Origin: Rhizobium sp. Q54 | GTDB taxonomy: Bacteria > Pseudomonadota > Alphaproteobacteria > UBA828 | Direction: 5' to 3' | Assembly (NCBI GenBank): GCA_945902735.1 | Contig: CAMDNF010000001.1 | Location: forward strand, 10,594 to 74,593 | Length of the DNA stretch: 64,000 nt | Part shown: one piece after another, positions 29,977 through 38,261 of the stretch | Position numbering within the stretch: the first letter of the stretch is position 1 | Layout of the letters: every line of letters starts with the position of its first letter | Notes under the pieces: model-generated | What the model was told of the DNA's origin: nothing | Seen by the model: only the letters and a program-made list of their open reading frames with translations | Database searches by the model: none | Made by a program: the position numbers and the translations under genes

Positions 29977-30038
29977 GGCGGGTGACCTTGAAGCGATGAG
30001 CGCGAAGCCCCATCATCAATCGGTCTCAATGATGCACC

Positions 30039-30722
30039 ATGAAGGATGAGCCCATGAGCGGTGGCACCCCGCGCCTTGACGGTCCTGAACTGCCGCCGCA
30101 GAGCGGGGGAAAAGCGCGGCAATTGATCGTGTTTCTGCACGGCCTCGGCGCCGATGGCAATGATTTGATCGGCCTGGCCGATCATTGGGCGGCGCTGTTG
30201 CCAAACGCGCATTTCGCTTCGCCGCACGCGCCCGAGCCATGCGACATGGCGCCGATGGGCCGGCAATGGTTCTCGCTGCAACGGCGCGACGAGGCGGCCT
30301 TGTTGAACGGCGTCAGTCGCTTGGCACCACTGTTGAATGAATATCTCGATGCGCGGCTCGCGGCCTTGGGTCTCAGCGCGCAATCCCTCGCGCTGGTCGG
30401 CTTCAGCCAGGGCACCATGACCTCGCTCTATGTCGCCTATCGTCGGCCGATGGGCGTCGGCGCGGTGCTCGGTTATTCGGGCCGGATCATCGGGGCCGAG
30501 CGCCTGGCCGAGGAAGCCCGCGCCAAGCCGCCGACCATGCTGATTCACGGCGATGCCGATGAGATCGTACCCGTGGGCGCGATCTTCGAGGCGGCGCAGG
30601 CCTTGGGCGCCGCCGACATTCCGGCGCAATGGCATATCAGCGAAGACCTCGGCCACGGCATCGCGCCCGATGGGCTCGAAATCGGCGGCAAATTCCTGCT
30701 CGATACGGTCGGGCGGGTTTGA
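30039..30722 (+). CDS. alpha/beta hydrolase, phospholipase/carboxylesterase family
   Basis: 227 aa; LIVFLHGLGADGND, nucleophile elbow GFSQGT, HGDADEIVP. Confidence 0.75.
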   Translation: MKDEPMSGGTPRLDGPELPPQSGGKARQLIVFLHGLGADGNDLIGLADHWAALLPNAHFASPHAPEPCDMAPMGRQWFSLQRRDEAALLNGVSRLAPLLNEYLDARLAALGLSAQSLALVGFSQGTMTSLYVAYRRPMGVGAVLGYSGRIIGAERLAEEARAKPPTMLIHGDADEIVPVGAIFEAAQALGAADIPAQWHISEDLGHGIAPDGLEIGGKFLLDTVGRV

Positions 30723-30748
30723 AATTTTCACGAGAGTTGATTGTGGTC

Positions 30749-31228
30749 ATGAAACGATTTGCCGTTTCGGTGTGCTTTGTTCTGGCTGTTTCGATCGCCG
30801 CGCTCGGCCACGCGCATGACTATAGCTTTGGTGACATCGAAATCACCCATCCCTGGGCGCGCTTCACGCCGCCCGGTGCGCCGAATGGCGCGGCCTATTT
30901 AGTGATCGAGAACAAGAGCGCCGCGCCTGACCAGCTGATCGGCGCCGCGACACCGCGCGCGGCCAAGGTTGAGTTCCATGGCCACGAGATGGAGGGCGAG
31001 ATGATGGCCATGCGTCAGCGCGAGGCGATCGACCTCGCCGCGAAGGACATCGTCGCGTTCGAACCCGGCGGCCTTCATTTGATGCTGCTTAAGCTTACCG
31101 CGCCACTTAAAGACGGCGAGCGCTTTCCGCTCACGCTTCGGTTCGAAAAGGCCGGCGACATATCGATCGAGGTGGTGGTTGAGCGTGGGACCGAAACAAA
31201 GTCGGGCACGCACCATCAGATGAAATAA
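30749..31228 (+). CDS. copper chaperone PCu(A)C (DUF461)
   Basis: Start at MKRFAVSVCFVLAVS (signal peptide); H(x)nM-rich motif FHGHEMEGEMMAM typical of PCuAC. Confidence 0.75.
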   Translation: MKRFAVSVCFVLAVSIAALGHAHDYSFGDIEITHPWARFTPPGAPNGAAYLVIENKSAAPDQLIGAATPRAAKVEFHGHEMEGEMMAMRQREAIDLAAKDIVAFEPGGLHLMLLKLTAPLKDGERFPLTLRFEKAGDISIEVVVERGTETKSGTHHQMK

Positions 31229-31996
31229 TCAGCGGGGCTCCGGCGCGTCGTCGCGGAGCGTGTTGCGCGCGCCAATGGCCACCGCCGGGCCCGGCATCGC
31301 CACCAGCACGCGGCGGCGCACGCGCTTCGCCGCGGGGCGCGCGCCATAAACCTGCTTGGTCGCCTCGACCAGTACGACACCGCCAAACGGCTTGCCGAAA
31401 ATCGGCCCAAGGCGCTGCCAGAGCGCGCTCGTGCGTAAGATGAGCCGCGCTTGAATGGGCGGCAGATAGAGCGCGCCTTCATGACGCACGGGGTCGAAAT
31501 GATTTTCGCGCAACAGCCGCGTCAATTGCGAGCCGCTGAATGGCCGGCCATGGCCGAAGGGCGTGCGCTCGACACGCGCCCAAAGGCTCCGCCGGTTCGG
31601 CACCAGCGCGAGGAGGCGCCCGCCGGGCCTTAGCACGCGCCAGACCTCGCGCATCAAAGGTTCGGTCTGCTCGGCGAATTCGATCGCGTGCACGAGCAAA
31701 ATCCGATCGATCGATTCATCGGGTAGCGGCAGCTCGCCTTCCTCGGTGATCGCGACCAGGCGCTTGCCATCGCTCGGCCAGGCCAAAACGCCTTGGCCTG
31801 CCGGCATGAAGGCGATGGTGCGCACGGCCTCCTCGCGAAAGAGGCCGAGAAAGGGCGTGGCATAGCCGAGCCCAAGCACGGATTCGCCGGTCACCTTCGG
31901 CCAGAGCGCGCGCAGCTCGCGCCGGATCACGCGCCGCGCGACCTGGCCGAGGTGCGATTCATAGAAGGCGTTCAGATCGACGACATCCGGGCGCAT
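31229..31996 (-). CDS. class I SAM-dependent methyltransferase
   Basis: 255 aa; VLGLGYATPFL (motif I-like), LRPGGRLLALVPN. Confidence 0.7.
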   Translation of the reverse strand: MRPDVVDLNAFYESHLGQVARRVIRRELRALWPKVTGESVLGLGYATPFLGLFREEAVRTIAFMPAGQGVLAWPSDGKRLVAITEEGELPLPDESIDRILLVHAIEFAEQTEPLMREVWRVLRPGGRLLALVPNRRSLWARVERTPFGHGRPFSGSQLTRLLRENHFDPVRHEGALYLPPIQARLILRTSALWQRLGPIFGKPFGGVVLVEATKQVYGARPAAKRVRRRVLVAMPGPAVAIGARNTLRDDAPEPR

Positions 31997-32088
31997 GGGG
32001 AATCATAGCACGACCTAGAGTTTTGGTTAGTCGGCAGCGGAAGATGGCAAGCTCTGCCGCAACATTATGATCGATTTGTTTTGGTCTG

Positions 32089-32215
32089 CCCCACCCGGCA
32101 ACGCAAGCGTTGCCGCCCTCCCCCTCAAGGGGGGAGGGGAAGGAAATTCGGATTGTCGTGGTGCGTACCTTTTACCCCCTCCCCCTCGACGGGCGAGAGT
32201 TGGGGTGGGGGTGAC
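32089..32215. repeat. REP-like nested-palindrome intergenic element (family R2), copy 1
   Basis: cACCCGGcAACGCAAGCGTTgCCGCCCTCCCCCTCAAGGGGGGAGGGGa plus a second G/C-rich hairpin; homologous to 57708-57765. Confidence 0.6.
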
Positions 32216-32235
32216 TGCGAAAGCGACTTGGTGCC

Positions 32236-32267
32236 CCGCCTCAATACATATGCGTGCGGCGGTTCAT
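32236..32267. repeat. left direct repeat (duplicated phaB 3' end) flanking the insertion
   Basis: ccgcctcaatacatatgcgtgcGGCGGttcat matches 34334-34365 (ccgcctcaatacatatgcgtgcCGCCGttcat) except for a 6-bp inverted core. Reverse complement encodes MNRRTHMY*, a remnant of the phaB C-terminus MNGGTHMY*. Confidence 0.7.
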
Positions 32268-32998
32268 CCAGCCTGCCTTCCGGTACCATCGACCGCCATC
32301 TCCAGCACATCCAGAAACGACGAATCGTATGTCTCATCGACGTGGCGCTGGTTCCACAGCCCTGATTCGCGCACGAGACTGCGGTCGGAGCCTTGCCCGA
32401 GCCACCCGAGGGATGGCGGATCGAGGGCTGGGCGGTCGAAATTGCTCAGCAGCGCAATGCCATTGCGCTCGATAAACCCGCGTAGACTTTGGGGCCCGGG
32501 ATCGTCGTTGATGTCGAGCCAGAGGAACGGCATGGCCCCGATATATCGCGTCACGGCCTGCTCGACCGGCGCTTCGGCTTTGTTCAACGCTTCTCGATCG
32601 ATGCCTAACGCCGCCGCTGCCTTGGTGGCGTCGCTCTTCACGCCCCAGGAAGGGCAAAGCGGGGCCTTCCCTGCCGCGATCAGCGCCTGACCAATCAGCA
32701 GACGGAAGATCGAGCCGCGGTGATTCCCTCCGCCTGACGAAGGTCCGCGATGCTGTCCGAGCCGCTGGCCGAGCGTCGAACGCGAACCCGCACGAAGCGC
32801 GTGCGTGCCCACACGCACGACGCGCGGCCCGGCGCCGCTTTCTTGGCGAACTTCGGACGGCTCGAAGAACAGATAGACTCCGCGCTGGGGCCAATCACGA
32901 TACGTGCCAAAGTTCGCGAGCGTGCGAGTTCCACCGGCGCGTTGCTGCAGGCGGTCGAGCAGGCCGTAGAAACGCAGGAGATCTTCGAGGCGGCTCAT
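32264..32998 (-). CDS. GIY-YIG-like nuclease family protein (244 aa)
   Basis: RGVYLFFEPSE...VVRVGTHAL...STLGQRLGQHRG...GNHRGSIFRLLIGQAL resembles the degenerate GIY-YIG module of the widespread 'GIY-YIG nuclease family protein' group. Start overlaps the upstream gene's stop (ATGA). Confidence 0.6.
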   Translation of the reverse strand: MSRLEDLLRFYGLLDRLQQRAGGTRTLANFGTYRDWPQRGVYLFFEPSEVRQESGAGPRVVRVGTHALRAGSRSTLGQRLGQHRGPSSGGGNHRGSIFRLLIGQALIAAGKAPLCPSWGVKSDATKAAAALGIDREALNKAEAPVEQAVTRYIGAMPFLWLDINDDPGPQSLRGFIERNGIALLSNFDRPALDPPSLGWLGQGSDRSLVRESGLWNQRHVDETYDSSFLDVLEMAVDGTGRQAG

Positions 32999-34332
32999 TC
33001 CTCTTCGGATAACCAGGCCAACTGCTCGCCGCGAGTGAGATGTTCCATCGGGGCTTCCACAACCAACCCATGTCGTCGCAGGGGCTCGATTAGAAACTCG
33101 CGGTAGCGTGCTCCGGCTAAGAACACAACGCGTCGATAGTTGGCAGTGGCCGGCAGAAGCCTTTCGAGAACCTTGGCCGCCCAGGCCTTCCGCACGGCGA
33201 CTCCGAGCGTATTCAGTGTGTAATCATAGGGAGCGATCACTTCGCCGGGATCGACGAGGCCGTATTGCGACGAGAGAAGCAACCACCGTGCGCCGCTCGC
33301 TTCAACGAGATTCCGCGCCTTGCGAAACAGGGGAGACGTATAGAGTTCTCGCGCAGGCGCAGCGTGTGGCAGTTTACTTTTGACGCAAGATATCAAGACA
33401 AGCGCATCGGAGAGATCGAGAGTGCTGCTTGCTCGGGGCGCCGCAGGCTCGGGCATAGGTGCTGGAACTGAGGCCGTGAGTCGTTCAGATGAAGGCGGGG
33501 CGCTAAGCCCAAACCTAAAGTAGACGTTCGCACCGTTCGGCGGACCTTTGCGTTCTATGACCTTGACGCCAGCGACGTCGTTGAATTTCCTGCTGCCGAT
33601 TGCGCTGCAAACTGCCGGCATGGCGCTGCTCAAACCCATCGCCTTATGTATGTCACCAACGCGAATGGTGAGCTCCTTGTGACCAGCCGCCCTCGCGGGA
33701 GCGACAAGGCGATCGATGACGAACTGACGAATCCGATCGGCCTGACCGATATCGCGTCGATCGGTCCGCTTGCTTGATGTCTCAATCGGCTGGGTCGGAC
33801 TTTGTGAGTCTATTTTCTCGTGCCGTGGCCTGAAATTTTCGGTTGCTTCACTTTGGTTGACGTCTGCCACGGGCTGCTGAATCTCGCCGCCCGCTTCTTC
33901 TTCGTCGAGATGGAGCCGGCGCAGTGCCTTTTTCATCGTTTCGACGTCATTGGCCTCGGGCGCCGAAATCGCGGCCAGAAGACGCCCTGAGGTATCAAGC
34001 GCGCGGTAAGCGTCGTCGGCCGAGAAATGGCCCTGGTGTGCCCACCGGTTCCGAATGTCTATTAGTTCGTTGACGAGACTGCGTTCGGCTCTGCCGAAGC
34101 GGGGACGGAAAACTTCGCCCCAACTTCGATCCATGATGACCAACAGAGCGGCGACGTCGTAGGTCGCATCGGCCTTTTCACTACGAAGCCGGGTGTCGGC
34201 CAGTATGTCTTGGATTTGTTCGGCCCAGCCCTTGCCGAATTGAGCCTTGAACTCGCGTTCGATGAACGGTCGCAAACCATCCCGCAGCCACCCTAGGGCT
34301 TTGCCGACTCGCTCATGATTGGAGGTGCTCAT
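32995..34332 (-). CDS. Swt1-like HEPN domain protein with two additional uncharacterised domains (445 aa)
   Basis: N-terminal ~135 aa: WGEVFRPRFGRAERSLVNELIDIRNRWAHQGHFSADDAYRALDTSGRLL carries the Rx4H motif and layout of Swt1-type HEPN. Central region: LTIRVGDIHKAMGL...VCSAIGSRKF. C-terminal region: LVLISCVKSKLPHAAPARELYTSPLF...WLLLSSQYGLVDPGEVIAPYDYTLN (DUF6884-like). Confidence 0.7.
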   Translation of the reverse strand: MSTSNHERVGKALGWLRDGLRPFIEREFKAQFGKGWAEQIQDILADTRLRSEKADATYDVAALLVIMDRSWGEVFRPRFGRAERSLVNELIDIRNRWAHQGHFSADDAYRALDTSGRLLAAISAPEANDVETMKKALRRLHLDEEEAGGEIQQPVADVNQSEATENFRPRHEKIDSQSPTQPIETSSKRTDRRDIGQADRIRQFVIDRLVAPARAAGHKELTIRVGDIHKAMGLSSAMPAVCSAIGSRKFNDVAGVKVIERKGPPNGANVYFRFGLSAPPSSERLTASVPAPMPEPAAPRASSTLDLSDALVLISCVKSKLPHAAPARELYTSPLFRKARNLVEASGARWLLLSSQYGLVDPGEVIAPYDYTLNTLGVAVRKAWAAKVLERLLPATANYRRVVFLAGARYREFLIEPLRRHGLVVEAPMEHLTRGEQLAWLSEEE

Positions 34333-34333
34333 A

Positions 34334-34365
34334 CCGCCTCAATACATATGCGTGCCGCCGTTCAT
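34334..34365. repeat. right direct repeat (authentic phaB 3' end)
   Basis: See left repeat; overlaps the last 8 codons and stop of phaB. Confidence 0.7.
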
Positions 34366-35064
34366 GGTGACGGTCGAGCCCGTGGTCCAGGCCGCTTTGT
34401 CATCGACCAGGAACAGCACCGCATGGGCGACTTCTTCGGGCAGGCCGAAGCGGCGCACCGGCGATTTATCCAGGATCTTCTCGCGAATGCGCGCCGGCGC
34501 GTCGCGCATCATATAGGTGTCGAGATAGCCGGGCGCGATGTTGTTGACCGTGATGCCGTATTTCGCGGCTTCGAGCGCGAGGCCCTTGGTGAAGCCGTGC
34601 ATGCCGGCTTTGGCCGCGACGTAATTGACCTGGTTGAGCTGGCCGGCCTGGCCGTTCATCGAGCCGATATTGACGATGCGGCCCCAGCGCTTCTCGATCA
34701 TCGCGGGGTAAACCTGCTTGCACATGTAGAAGACCGAATCGAGATCGATGCGGATCACTCTGTGCCATTGTTCGACGGTCATGTTCTCGAACTTGGCTTC
34801 CGAGACCGCGCCGGCGTTGTTGACCAGAATGTCGATCGCGCCCAAATCTTTCACCACTTGGGCGTGGCCGCGCGCGCAGGAATCGAAATCGCCGACGTCC
34901 CATTTATAGGCCTTGATGCCGGTCTCGGCGCTGAATGCCTGGGCGAACTTGTCGTCGCTCGCATAATTGACCGCGACTTTATGGCCGGCGGCCTTGAGCG
35001 CGACCGCGATCGCCGCGCCAATGCCGCGACTGCCGCCCGTAACAAGTGCAATGCGTGAGGTCAT
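34339..35064 (-). CDS. phaB: acetoacetyl-CoA reductase (SDR), paralog 1
   Basis: 241 aa; IALVTGGSRGIGAAIA, NNAG, YVAAKAGMHG (YxxxK), C-terminal TMNGGTHMY. Confidence 0.9.
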   Translation of the reverse strand: MTSRIALVTGGSRGIGAAIAVALKAAGHKVAVNYASDDKFAQAFSAETGIKAYKWDVGDFDSCARGHAQVVKDLGAIDILVNNAGAVSEAKFENMTVEQWHRVIRIDLDSVFYMCKQVYPAMIEKRWGRIVNIGSMNGQAGQLNQVNYVAAKAGMHGFTKGLALEAAKYGITVNNIAPGYLDTYMMRDAPARIREKILDKSPVRRFGLPEEVAHAVLFLVDDKAAWTTGSTVTMNGGTHMY

Positions 35065-35091
35065 CGTTCTCTTACTCTGTTTGTTCGTCGA

Positions 35092-35814
35092 TCAATACAT
35101 GTGCTGGCCGCCATTCACCGAAACCGTCGAGCCGGTGATGAAACCGGCGTCGTCGGCCACCAGGAACAGCACGGTGCGCGCGATGTCGTCCGCGCGCCCC
35201 AAGCGCCCGACCGGAATGCGCGCGATGATTTTTTCCAAAATATCGGCCGGCACGGCGCGTACCATGTCGGTGTCGACATAGCCGGGCGCGACCGCGTTGG
35301 CCGTGATGTTGAAGCGCGCGCCCTCTTGCGCGAGCGCCTTGGTGAAGCCGTGAATGCCCGATTTCGCGGCGGCGTAATTGACCTGGCCATATTGGCCCGC
35401 CTGGCCGTTGATCGAGCCGATATTGACGATGCGGCCGAATTTTTTCTCGCGCATGCCGTTCACGACAAGGCTGCATAGATTGAAGCACGAGCTCAGATTA
35501 GTATCGAGCACCGCGCGCCATTGCTCGGGCGTCATGCGGAAGATCGTCGAATCGCGCGTGATGCCGGCATTGTTGACCAGAATTTCAACCGGCCCGAGCT
35601 CGGCGGTGATTTTGGCGATGCCGGCCTTGCAGGCGTCGTAATCGGCGACGTCCCATTTAAAGGTTTTGATGCCGGTCTCGGCGTTGAAGCGCTTCGCGGC
35701 CTCGTCATTGCCGGCATAGGTCGCGGCAACCTTGTAGCCGGCCTCGTGCAAACGACGTGAAATCGCTTCGCCAATGCCTCGTGTGCCGCCGCTGACCAAT
35801 GCGACCCGTGCCAT
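35092..35814 (-). CDS. phaB: acetoacetyl-CoA reductase (SDR), paralog 2
   Basis: 240 aa; VALVSGGTRGIGEAIS, YAAAKSGIHG, C-terminal VNGGQHMY. Tandem with paralog 1. Confidence 0.9.
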   Translation of the reverse strand: MARVALVSGGTRGIGEAISRRLHEAGYKVAATYAGNDEAAKRFNAETGIKTFKWDVADYDACKAGIAKITAELGPVEILVNNAGITRDSTIFRMTPEQWRAVLDTNLSSCFNLCSLVVNGMREKKFGRIVNIGSINGQAGQYGQVNYAAAKSGIHGFTKALAQEGARFNITANAVAPGYVDTDMVRAVPADILEKIIARIPVGRLGRADDIARTVLFLVADDAGFITGSTVSVNGGQHMY

Positions 35815-35944
35815 GATGGCCTCTTTGGTAGACCCGCCTCGCGGCGAGGTGAATTTGTGCTTTAGATTTGGCCTTGGGTCTCGCGGCGTCGCAAGCGGTC
35901 ATTTGTACGAGGTCTCGATGAGTCATGCTCATCAAGACTTGGTG

Positions 35945-37117
35945 TTATTTCGACGTTTCGAGAATCCAGCGCGCGAGCGGTCCATAAAGCGCGGTGTTGG
36001 CGCGTGGGCTCGCGATCATGCCGATATGACCAAGGGGCGGGCGCATGGCGCGGGCGCCTGGGATCGAATGCGCCAGCACTTCGGCCGTGGGCGGCGGCAC
36101 GATGCGGTCCGCCTCCGGAACCACCACGAGCGCGGGCATGGCAAGGCGCTCAGGGTGCACCGCCTCGCCGCCGACTCTATAGGTGCCGCGTCCCGGCTGG
36201 TTTTCGTCATACCAGCCGGTCAAACATTGGCGCGCCACGGGGCCGGCGAGCGGCACGCCGTCATTAAGCCAGTCCTCGAGCGCGACGAAGCCTTGCGCCG
36301 CCGCGCTCGTGGGGTCGAGCGTGGCGAAGCGCACGAATTTGCGCGCCGCCAAGAGGGGGTCGAGCCCGCTGAACAGGCTTTGAATGAGATCGGTCGGTAA
36401 CAGACCGAAAAGGTTGATCGCGTTGTCGAGCATGGCGCGATGCGCCTGAAGGAGGGTGCGCTGGGTACCGCCATCGGCCGCGAAATCCCAAGGCGTCGCC
36501 AAAAGGCCGAGCGCGTTCACCTTGTCGGGCGCGCGGAGTGCCAGCGGCAGGGTCAACAGCCCGCCCATGCAATAGCCGATCAAGGCCATGGGACCGCCAT
36601 AAGAGGCGACCGCCGCGTCGAGCGCCTTGGCGAGCCGGCCGAGGATGTAGTCGTCCAGCGAAAAGCGCTGCTCGACCGCGCCGGGTGCCGCCCAATCGAG
36701 CAGGAAGCATCTGATGCCGTCGCGGTTGAGGGCGCGCATCAGGCTGCGCTCGGGCGCGAGATCGAGAATATAGGCGCGGTTGATCAGGGACGGCACGAAC
36801 AGCGCGGCTGCCTTGGTCGGCCCGGCTGGCCGGTAATCGAGCAAACGCGAGGTGCCCTCGGCCCACAGCACGGGCGGGTCGATCAGGCTTCGGCGATAGG
36901 GATGGGCGCGGTAGGCCGCGATGCCGTCGAGAAAGAGCCCAAAGCGCCGTCTGGTTTCGCGCTCGAGTGCCGTGAGCAGGGCGTCGGGCGGTGCCTTGGC
37001 CAGGGCGTCGGCGAGCGCGGTCGCGTCAGCCGCCAGCCCGTTTTTCCAATTGATCGAGTTGCTCTTCGCAAGCGGCAAGGCGCCGAGTGAGCTCATCCAT
37101 GTGGCGCTCGCCAGCAT
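35945..37117 (-). CDS. phaC: class III-type PHA synthase PhaC-like alpha/beta hydrolase
   Basis: Lipase-box G-x-C-x-G-G (LIGYCMGGLLTL); collinear with Allochromatium-type PhaC (LLDYRP.., FLLDW, SLDDYI). Start uncertain: the track ORF extends to 37192 and overlaps the upstream small ORF. Confidence 0.65.
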   Translation of the reverse strand: MLASATWMSSLGALPLAKSNSINWKNGLAADATALADALAKAPPDALLTALERETRRRFGLFLDGIAAYRAHPYRRSLIDPPVLWAEGTSRLLDYRPAGPTKAAALFVPSLINRAYILDLAPERSLMRALNRDGIRCFLLDWAAPGAVEQRFSLDDYILGRLAKALDAAVASYGGPMALIGYCMGGLLTLPLALRAPDKVNALGLLATPWDFAADGGTQRTLLQAHRAMLDNAINLFGLLPTDLIQSLFSGLDPLLAARKFVRFATLDPTSAAAQGFVALEDWLNDGVPLAGPVARQCLTGWYDENQPGRGTYRVGGEAVHPERLAMPALVVVPEADRIVPPPTAEVLAHSIPGARAMRPPLGHIGMIASPRANTALYGPLARWILETSK

Positions 37118-37469
37118 GAGGTGCAACGGAAGGGGCCTCGGTCCTTGCCGGGGGGCCAGGGTCGGCGCGGCGTGGCTGGTCATGCGGCGCACCGGGTCCG
37201 GGGCCCGGTTGGGGGCCGGGGTCGGGTTTGGGCTCGGCGGCGGGTCCGGGTTTGGGCCATAAAGTGGTGACCTGGCTTGCCTTCAAGAATGCCTGCGCCG
37301 CGCCGATCTGGCTTTCGATCAGCTGGCCGAGCAAGCGATTGGTCTCGGGGTCGCTGGCCAACGCGGCCACATGGCTTTGCCACAGATCGAGGAACCGGCG
37401 CGCCAACGCCTCCAGGCTGGGTGGCTCGCCCGTTTTGGGGGTATCCGAATCGGTTTTGGCGGTGGCCAT
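37026..37469 (-). CDS. hypothetical Pro-rich protein with C-terminal coiled coil (possible PHA-synthase-associated partner)
   Basis: 147-aa ORF; PKPGPAAEPKPDPGPQPGPGPGAP low-complexity region; C-terminal ELTRRLAACEEQLDQLEKR. Could be spurious in this GC-rich DNA. Confidence 0.3.
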   Translation of the reverse strand: MATAKTDSDTPKTGEPPSLEALARRFLDLWQSHVAALASDPETNRLLGQLIESQIGAAQAFLKASQVTTLWPKPGPAAEPKPDPGPQPGPGPGAPHDQPRRADPGPPARTEAPSVAPHAGERHMDELTRRLAACEEQLDQLEKRAGG

Positions 37470-37624
37470 GGCGCGAGGATAACGGCAAGCCCATGGCGTG
37501 ATCCAGCCTCAAGGGAGCGGCTTTGCCGCGCCGCACTGTCAAATTTGCGCGTTGCAGCATTTCCTGCCAGACTAAGCCCTAAGTTAGGAGGGGGCGCCCT
37601 CCGCCCCGGGAAGGATTGCGCCAG

Positions 37625-38245
37625 ATGAGCGATACAAGCACCAGCGCCACGCCGCCCGGCGAAACCATCGTGATCAAGAAATACGCGAATCGCCGTCTCT
37701 ATAACACGGCGAGTTCAAGCTATGTGACGCTTGAGCATCTCGCCCAGATGGTGCGCGATGGTCAGGAGTTCGTGGTTCAAGATGCGAAGACCGGCGATAA
37801 CATTACGCATCAGGTGTTGACTCAGATCATCGTCGAAGAAGAGGCCAAGGGCCATACCATGTTGCCGATCGGCTTTCTGCGTCAGTTGATCCGGCTCTAT
37901 GGCGATTCATTGCAGGCCTTCGTGCCGCGCTATCTGGAAACCTCGATGGATAATTTCTCGAAGAATCAGGGCCAGATTCGCGAGCAGATCGAACGCACCT
38001 TCGGCGGCATTTTTCCGTTCGGCGAAATCGAACGCCTGAGCCGGCAGAACCTCGGCGTGTTTCAGCGCGCCATGAGCATGTTCACGCCCTTCGCCACCAC
38101 CCAGGCCGGCAAGGCGGCGAGCAATGGCGCGGACAGCGCCCCGGCCGAGGAACGCGAGCGCGAAGATATTTCGACGCTCAAAGATCGCATGAACCAGATG
38201 CAGGCCGAGCTCGATCGCTTGGTCCGCCGACGCGAGAGCGAATAA
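37625..38245 (+). CDS. phaR: polyhydroxyalkanoate synthesis repressor PhaR
   Basis: IVIKKYANRRLYNTASSSYVTLEHLAQMVRDGQEFVVQDAKTGDNITHQVLTQII is the PhaR N-terminal DNA-binding domain signature. Confidence 0.9.
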   Translation: MSDTSTSATPPGETIVIKKYANRRLYNTASSSYVTLEHLAQMVRDGQEFVVQDAKTGDNITHQVLTQIIVEEEAKGHTMLPIGFLRQLIRLYGDSLQAFVPRYLETSMDNFSKNQGQIREQIERTFGGIFPFGEIERLSRQNLGVFQRAMSMFTPFATTQAGKAASNGADSAPAEEREREDISTLKDRMNQMQAELDRLVRRRESE

Positions 38246-38261
38246 GAGAAATTCATTTCTT

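Larger units (their letters stand above)
32236..34365. mobile_element. ~2.1-kb insertion (integrase-less island) in the 3' end of phaB, bounded by 32-nt imperfect direct repeats
   Basis: Direct repeats at 32236-32267 and 34334-34365. Two co-directional, overlapping cargo genes and no recombinase. The native phaB terminator/REP region lies immediately left of the left repeat. Confidence 0.5.

Noticed and set aside
32236-34365. Search for an integrase, transposase or excisionase within or next to the insertion
   Set aside because: Neither cargo ORF nor the flanking genes (SAM methyltransferase, phaB) has recombinase motifs, so I call the element integrase-less rather than a complete mobile element.
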